NCBI RefSeq assembly: GCF_001194135.2
Contig: NC_068982.1
Location: 72,521,301 to 72,585,300 of the forward strand
DNA length: 64,000 nucleotides
Origin: Octopus bimaculoides
Lineage: Eukaryota
Direction of reading: 5' to 3'
Position 1 is the stretch's first letter; each line of letters opens with the position of its first letter. The position numbers and the translations under genes were made by a program. Below are positions 61,870 to 64,000 of this stretch, piece by piece. A model generated the notes under the pieces. That model searched no databases, was not told where the DNA came from, and was given only the letters and a program-made list of their open reading frames with translations.

Positions 61870-62914
61870 AAGACCTTTGTCAGCCATTCTCCAGCTATCT
61901 GATTAATGCTACATATGACTATGGTACATCCACACTTAGGGTTTGCCTCGACAGTCTGGAACCCCCATTTTGCTTGTCATACCAATCTCCTGGAAACTGT
62001 TCAGAAATGTGCAACCGGATGAATACCTGCCGTCAGGCATCTACCATACTCTGAACATCTTGCTTCCCTGGGCATGGACACAAAGCTCCAATGTCTGGCA
62101 ACTAACTTGTTAGACACCTACAAGATTATCTACCATCTTTCCAACAACAACCATGGACACCTTTTTGAATTCCCATAAGTCTAACACTTGTGGATTGTTG
62201 GCACTCCGTCGCTTACGACGTCGAGGGTTCCAGTTGATCTGATCAACGGAACAACCTGCTCGTGAAATTAACGTGCAAGTGGCTGAGCACTCCACAGACA
62301 AGTGTACCCTTAACGTAGTTCTCAGGGATATTCAGCGTGACACAGTGTGACAAGGCTGACCCTTTGAAATACAGGTACAACAGAAACAGGAAGAAAGAGT
62401 GAGAGAAAGTTGTGATGAAAGAGTACAGCAGGGTTCGCCACCATCCTCTGCCGGAGCCTTGAGGAGCTTTAGGTGTTTTCGCTCAATAAACACTCACAAC
62501 GCCCAGTCTGGGAATCGAAACCGCGATTCTATGACCGCGAGTCCGCTACCCTAACCACTGGGCCGTTGCGCCTCCACTTCACTTGTGGATATGCTCACAA
62601 AACCAAAAACAACACAGTACCCATAACTTTCAGACACATTTTTACACACTCAGAATTGCTGAAACCTGGAGTAAACTACCTGCATCAGTTGTCAGCTGCT
62701 GAGATACTATATCCTTCAAAACTTCTATGCTTCCTGAAATTCAGCAACAGTATACCCAATGCTCCCCACCCTGGTTTCTTTCATTTTTTTGTTAAAGACT
62801 TTTTTCACTGCTCACTTCCTGTGTATATTCTCTGTACTGTTGATGCAGTTTTGGTTACTTTTCCTGATGCGTTGTAGTGTACCAGAGAACTGTATACAAA
62901 AAGTAAGTTCATTT

Positions 62915-62915
<1 letters not shown>
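61870..62915 (+). mobile_element. CR1-clade LINE 3' end interrupted by SINE-B
   Basis: MVHPHLGFASTVWNPH...LLETVQKCAT...LPYSEHLASLGMDT...DTYKII, continuing after the SINE with FYTLRIAETWSKLPASVVS. Confidence 0.85.
62196..62579 (-). mobile_element. SINE-B, 11-bp TSD
   Basis: TSD cacttgtggat at 62185-62195 and 62580-62590; reverse complement of 59123-59504. Confidence 0.92.
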
Positions 62916-62952
<37 letters not shown>

Positions 62953-63484
62953 ACTGGAACCCAATGCAGCCCTGCAGCTTGAGAAATTCTGTCAAACCAT
63001 GCCAGCATAAAAAACAGATAGATGATGATGATGGTGAGAATGAATAGAATGACTACCATCAAAATTCAACAATGTATTTCAACGCTCTACCGATTCTGCC
63101 AGCTCATAACTGTAGTATGTCTAGTTTTAGAAAAGATGTTGGTGGGGAGTGACATTGTTTCTAATGTCAGGGTATTTTTACCCATTTCCTGTTTTCCTGC
63201 AGCCCTGGGCTAAAAAGGAATTATGTATGCTGACTGTTGCCATGCATATAGACAATGATACAAGGATCTTTGCATGCCTTCATAGTCTGATGCACATTTT
63301 TGCATGCATGAGTAATGGTGTGCATGCAGAAACAAACTCATTTGAGTTCACTTCATGTCTTTGCGTGCATGTGCATATGTGTGAGCATGTGTGCATGCAT
63401 GCAGGTGTTGATAGTGATAAAATCACAAACACATATATGCAAAGAGATTCACATTTAAATATATATATATATATACACACAAAA

Positions 63485-63900
63485 ATATATATTCTTTTAT
63501 TTCTTTCAGTCATTTGACAGTGGCCATGCTAGAGCACTGTCTCGAGGGTTTTAGTTGAACAAATCGACTCCAGGGCTTACTTTTTTAAAGCCTAGTACTT
63601 ATTCTATCGGTCTCTTTTGTCAAACTGCTAAGTTACAGGGATGTAAGCTCACCAACACCAGTTGTGAAGCAGTGATTGGGGGGGGGGCGACAAACACAGA
63701 TACAGAGACACACACACACACACACAAATATATATATACATGACAGGCTTCTTTCAGTTTCCATCTACCAAATCCACTCACAAGGCTTTGATTGGCCTGA
63801 GGCTATAGTAGAATACACTTGTCCAAGATGCCACACAATAGGACTGAACCCAGATCCATGTGGTCGGGAAGCAAATTTCTTACCATACAGACATGTCTGC
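63485..63900 (-). mobile_element. SINE-A
   Basis: ctttcagtcatttgacagtggccatgctagagcac...ggactgaacccagatccatgtggtcgggaagc. Confidence 0.85.
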
Positions 63901-64000
63901 ACCTACATATATATATATATATATATATATATAGCAGCCTCAAGAAGACCAATATTATGGGTCAGGCTACATCGGACATCCCAAACATACATATTGGAGA

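Noticed and set aside
1-64000. The majority of ORF-track ORFs (YIYIYI, HTHTHT, CVCVCV, LSLSLS, poly-N/poly-L types)
   Set aside because: Translations of (TA)n, (CA)n, (GA)n and triplet microsatellites or SINE bodies, often open in several overlapping frames; no domain signal.

Overview
Eukaryotic, AT-rich, microsatellite-saturated, repeat-dominated scaffold DNA with assembly N-gaps (2904-2984, 22095-22194, 47765-47774, 49169-49178, 54169-54556, 56374-56550). The SINE/MITE families and (TA)n/(CA)n/(GA)n/(AAT)n density look like an Octopus-type coleoid cephalopod genome; this is inferred from pattern recognition, not a database search. No intact, confidently identifiable host gene is visible, and almost all ORF-track entries are microsatellite or repeat translations. 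The protein-coding relics I can recognise are all dead transposons: a near full-length mariner (59100-60743, stop-interrupted D,D34D transposase), a 5'-truncated R4/Dong-type non-LTR element in an (AAT)n tract (23201-24700), an internally deleted Ty3/Gypsy with integrase and probable 3' LTR (about 52000-53464), CR1-group and RTE LINE 3' ends, and a Tigger/pogo N-terminus. The best-supported structural observations are (1) a four-element nest at 58749-60821 (TTAA-MITE containing a second TTAA-MITE and a mariner, which itself contains a SINE) and (2) an (AAT)n-punctuated serial array at 22702-25260. Several speculative host exons are flagged at low confidence: a PAS-like exon at 41784-41934 (+) and short-intron units at 3971-4359 (-) and 43093-43224 (-). 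I did not find a demonstrably new biological system. SINE and MITE labels A-E are my own working names.
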